Shown piece by piece: positions 61,250 to 64,000 of a stretch of DNA of 64,000 nucleotides. Location of the stretch: the NCBI GenBank assembly GCA_034530875.2, contig JAVRCJ020000008.1, positions 189,296-253,295 of the forward strand, written 5' to 3'. A model generated the notes under the pieces. That model was given only the letters and a program-made list of their open reading frames with translations, ran no database searches and was not told the origin of the DNA. The DNA is from Nostoc sp. DedSLP01 (GTDB lineage: Bacteria > Cyanobacteriota > Cyanobacteriia > Cyanobacteriales > Nostocaceae). The translations under genes were made by a program, and so were the position numbers. Every line of letters begins with the position of its first letter. Positions within the stretch are counted from its first letter, which is position 1.

Positions 61250-61400
61250 TAAGCTAAGCCGGAGACAGCAGGTGCTAATAGCTTAATATCCTGCCGAGGT
61301 GAAAACTCTAATTGCCAAAATTGCCACCGATAAAGGTGTAAAAAGTATGGCGTCAAGAGTTTTACTAATCAACCCCGGCTAAGATAGCTGGGGTTTGTTG
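61250..61400 (+). ncRNA. L10 leader cis-regulatory RNA
   Basis: CCGGAGACAGCAGGTG...TTAATATCCTGCCGAGG plus a terminal ACCCCGGCT/AGCTGGGGT stem upstream of rplJ. Confidence 0.8.
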
Positions 61401-61471
61401 TTTTCGATTTAGTTGAAGAAAAAACGCAAAAGTAGGGAAATCGCCGATTGTTTTGAGGAGGTGAGATTGGA

Positions 61472-62014
61472 ATGGGTAGAACGCTAGAAGATAAACAAGA
61501 GATTGTAGCTGAGCTTAAAGAAACTTTGAGCGAGTCAACTCTGGCACTGGTAATTGAATATCAGGGGCTAACGGTTGCCGAAATTACCGACTTACGGCGG
61601 CGGCTCCGTCCCAGTGGCGCTGTTTGTAAGGTAACTAAAAATACCCTGATGGGCATTGCCATTAAAGATCAGGAAAAATGGGAGCCATTATCAGAACTGC
61701 TCAAAGGTTCTTCAGCTTTTTTGCTAGTCAAAGAAGATTTTTCATCTGCAATTAAGGCTTACCAAGACTTCCAAAAAGCCACCAAGAAGACAGAACTTCG
61801 CGGCGGTGTAATGGAAGGTCGCCTACTCAAAGAAAACGATGTCAAGGCTTTAGGTGACTTACCATCTAAGGAACAACTCATGGGTCAAATTGCTGGTGCA
61901 ATCAATGCCTTGGCTACCAAAATTGCTGTGGGTATCAACGAAGTTCCAGGTTCGCTGGCTCGTGCTTTGCAGGCTGTGGCCGATGCAGAAAAAGGCGATA
62001 GTGCTGCTCAATAA
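61472..62014 (+). CDS. rplJ: 50S ribosomal protein L10
   Basis: [23 protein letters not shown]. Confidence 0.98.
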   Translation: MGRTLEDKQEIVAELKETLSESTLALVIEYQGLTVAEITDLRRRLRPSGAVCKVTKNTLMGIAIKDQEKWEPLSELLKGSSAFLLVKEDFSSAIKAYQDFQKATKKTELRGGVMEGRLLKENDVKALGDLPSKEQLMGQIAGAINALATKIAVGINEVPGSLARALQAVADAEKGDSAAQ

Positions 62015-62079
62015 ACAGGCGATCGCTAGGTCATAACCAATGACCAAATAAATAATCAAAAATTACAGGAGTTATATCA

Positions 62080-62469
62080 ATGTCAACTACAACCGATGAA
62101 ATTTTGGAAAAACTTAAAGGCTTAACTTTGCTGGAAGCTGCTGAGTTAGTTAAGCAAATTGAAGAAGCTTTCGGCGTAAGTGCTGCTGCACCTGTTGGCG
62201 TAGCGATCGCTGGCCCTGGCCCAGCTGCCGCTACTGCTGAACCAGTAGAAGAAAAAACCGAGTTTGACGTAATTCTCGAATCAGTTCCAGCTGATAAGAA
62301 GATTGCCGTACTGAAGATTGTACGTGAATTGACCGGTCTGGGTCTGAAAGAAGCTAAAGACTTGGTAGAAGCTGCACCCAAACCAGTTAAGGAAGGTATT
62401 GCTAAGGATGCTGCTGAAGACGCTAAGAAGCGCATCGAAGAAGCTGGCGGTCAAGTGACTATTAAGTAG
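62080..62469 (+). CDS. rplL: 50S ribosomal protein L7/L12
   Basis: [22 protein letters not shown]. Confidence 0.99.
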   Translation: MSTTTDEILEKLKGLTLLEAAELVKQIEEAFGVSAAAPVGVAIAGPGPAAATAEPVEEKTEFDVILESVPADKKIAVLKIVRELTGLGLKEAKDLVEAAPKPVKEGIAKDAAEDAKKRIEEAGGQVTIK

Positions 62470-62497
62470 TTGCTATTAAATTACTAGTTTTTGATTG

Positions 62498-62528
62498 AGA
62501 AGCCTGAGTCAGTCAGGCTTCTTTTTTT
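62498..62528 (+). terminator. rho-independent terminator after rplL
   Basis: AGAAGCCTGA-gtcag-TCAGGCTTCT-TTTTTT. Confidence 0.85.
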
Positions 62529-62580
62529 GGCGTTGGTTAACTTTAACGTGAGCTTCCAATGAAGTGCATTCATCATGTCT

Positions 62581-62622
62581 TACGATGTTAAAAATGAGGT
62601 AATTGATGAATGGAAAAAATAG
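62581..62622 (+). pseudogene. XisH C-terminal remnant
   Basis: YDVKNEVIDEWKK* overlapping the xisI start, as in xisH-xisI pairs. Confidence 0.6.
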
Positions 62623-62945
62623 TACGATATCGCGAGATTGTACAACAAATGCTTGCAGAGCATGGTAAACAAAAACCTGCTTACGGGAATATTGAAGTTG
62701 AGACAATTTTTGATACCGAACGCGACCATTATCAAATTGTTTATTTAGGCTGGGAAGGTCAGGATTGGGTACACAGTTGTATCATACACATTGATATTAA
62801 AGGTGGTAAAATTTGGCTGCAATGGAATGGTACGGAAGATGATATTGCAGCAGATTTGGTAAATGCTGGAGTTCCAAAGGAAGATATTGTTTTAGGATTT
62901 CAGCCACCATTTATGCGGCAGTTTACAGAATATGCTGTAGGTTAA
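62610..62945 (+). CDS. xisI: XisI family protein
   Basis: IFDTERDHYQ, IHIDIKGGKIWLQWNGTE, GVPKEDIVLGFQPP. Confidence 0.93.
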   Translation: MEKIVRYREIVQQMLAEHGKQKPAYGNIEVETIFDTERDHYQIVYLGWEGQDWVHSCIIHIDIKGGKIWLQWNGTEDDIAADLVNAGVPKEDIVLGFQPPFMRQFTEYAVG

Positions 62946-63011
62946 TTTGGAAATGTTAGCCAATCTCTTGTTAATTTAGTAGGTAGAGCGATCGCCTCCT
63001 GTTACCATACC

Positions 63012-63326
63012 TCAAGCCGTTGCTTCAGAACTGTTGAATTGTGCAATAGTTTTTAGTTCCTCTTCTTCTTCCTTCAGAACATAGTAAAGTTCCCAATTCT
63101 GTTGGAGGTTTAACCAAAACTCTGAACTATTTCCAAAAAACTTTGCTAACCGCAATGCTGTACTAGGCGTAATACCCCGCTTTTGATTTACAACCTCATT
63201 AATTCGCTGATAAGCAACATGAATTGCATCTGCAAGTTCTCTTTGTGATATTCCCATTGGTTCTAGAAAATCTTTGAGTAATATTTCACCGGGATGTGAA
63301 GGAGGTCTATTTTTTGGAACTCTCAT
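63012..63326 (-). CDS. higA: HigA antitoxin
   Basis: HPGEILLKDFL...ITPSTALRLAKFFG...FWLNLQ. Confidence 0.95.
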   Translation of the reverse strand: MRVPKNRPPSHPGEILLKDFLEPMGISQRELADAIHVAYQRINEVVNQKRGITPSTALRLAKFFGNSSEFWLNLQQNWELYYVLKEEEEELKTIAQFNSSEATA

Positions 63327-63340
63327 CTGTTGGTAATCTC

Positions 63341-63634
63341 CTAATGGTAGTCTACTATTTCAACTTCTGAGGGGCCTTGAGATGTCCATGTGAAGCAAAT
63401 CCGATATTGGTCATTAATCCGAATACTATGCTGACCTTTGCGGTCGCCTTTTAAAGCTTCTAACCTATTACCTGGCGGAATTTTCATATCATCCAAGGAG
63501 AATGCTGCATTGAGTTGATCTAATTTTCTCTGTGCAACTTCCCAACAATTTATAGGGCACTGTTTTCTGGCTTCCTTGGTGTCATTAGCATCAAAAATGT
63601 CTTCAGTTGCTTTGTCTTTAAATGATACTATCAT
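63341..63634 (-). CDS. higB: HigB toxin
   Basis: PPGNRLEALKGDRKGQHSIRINDQYRICF...EIVDYH. Confidence 0.95.
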   Translation of the reverse strand: MIVSFKDKATEDIFDANDTKEARKQCPINCWEVAQRKLDQLNAAFSLDDMKIPPGNRLEALKGDRKGQHSIRINDQYRICFTWTSQGPSEVEIVDYH

Positions 63635-63816
63635 AATTAGCACGATGACACAGCTATCATGCTATCAGAAAATAAACTATAAATTTTAAGCGATCGCCCT
63701 AAACTCACCAATTGCCTTAGCCAAAGCCTTTGGCTAAGCGATCACCTTATTTGTTGAATAAGCTATACATCTTGATAGCATTGAACGAAGTACCCGTCAG
63801 CAATGGATCGAGGACG

Positions 63817-63948
63817 ATGTACGTAACCGTTACACAACCACTGACTTTTCAAGAGTTTCTTGTCTGGGACGATGGTTCAGGTAGAGAATTTGAGCTATTG
63901 GATGGGATTCCTGTGCCATTATCTTCAAGGGGCGACAATCGCCTCTAG
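63817..63948 (+). pseudogene. Uma2-family endonuclease N-terminus, interrupted
   Basis: LTFQEFL...FELLDGIPVPLS, then unrelated sequence and a stop. Confidence 0.65.
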
Positions 63949-64000
63949 ACCCCGCCAGATAAAGGTTTAGGAGGCACATAACCCTTGAAAAAATTGGGTG

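Noticed and set aside
62610..62945. fdxN excision element
   Set aside because: No xisF recombinase or nif genes; xisI paralogues are commonly dispersed.

Overview
Chromosomal window from a heterocyst-forming cyanobacterium (Nostocales). The assignment rests on abundant HIP1 (GCGATCGC) sites, 7-nt STRR repeats, SDR5 insertions and the gene content. The core backbone is: carB 5' part, dps, malQ, rodZ-like, pseudouridine synthase, cdsA, cbiT, tatA, cphA/cphB, trmD, ispF, peptide ABC substrate-binding protein, larB/cpmA, argH, coaX, flv3/flv1, rbp, an RND efflux pair, glcP, and rplS-tRNA-Trp-secE-nusG-rplKAJL. Small accessory patches interrupt it at about 3.7-12.5, 34-37.5, 42-44.7, 54-57 and 62.5-64 kb. 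They hold many toxin-antitoxin modules, several of them decayed, plus pseudogenes and nested MITEs. The best candidate for an undescribed system is at 5.9-9.9 kb: an uncharacterised all-helical protein gene followed by a 13 x 21-bp hairpin-forming tandem array and a STAND-like ATPase-TPR gene, all on the minus strand. Other notable items are a GC-rich structured cphB leader, an insertion flanked by a synonymous duplicate of the NUDIX 3' end, a pentapeptide-RidA fusion, and accessory cassettes bounded by HIP1. All calls come from reading the sequence; no database searches were run.
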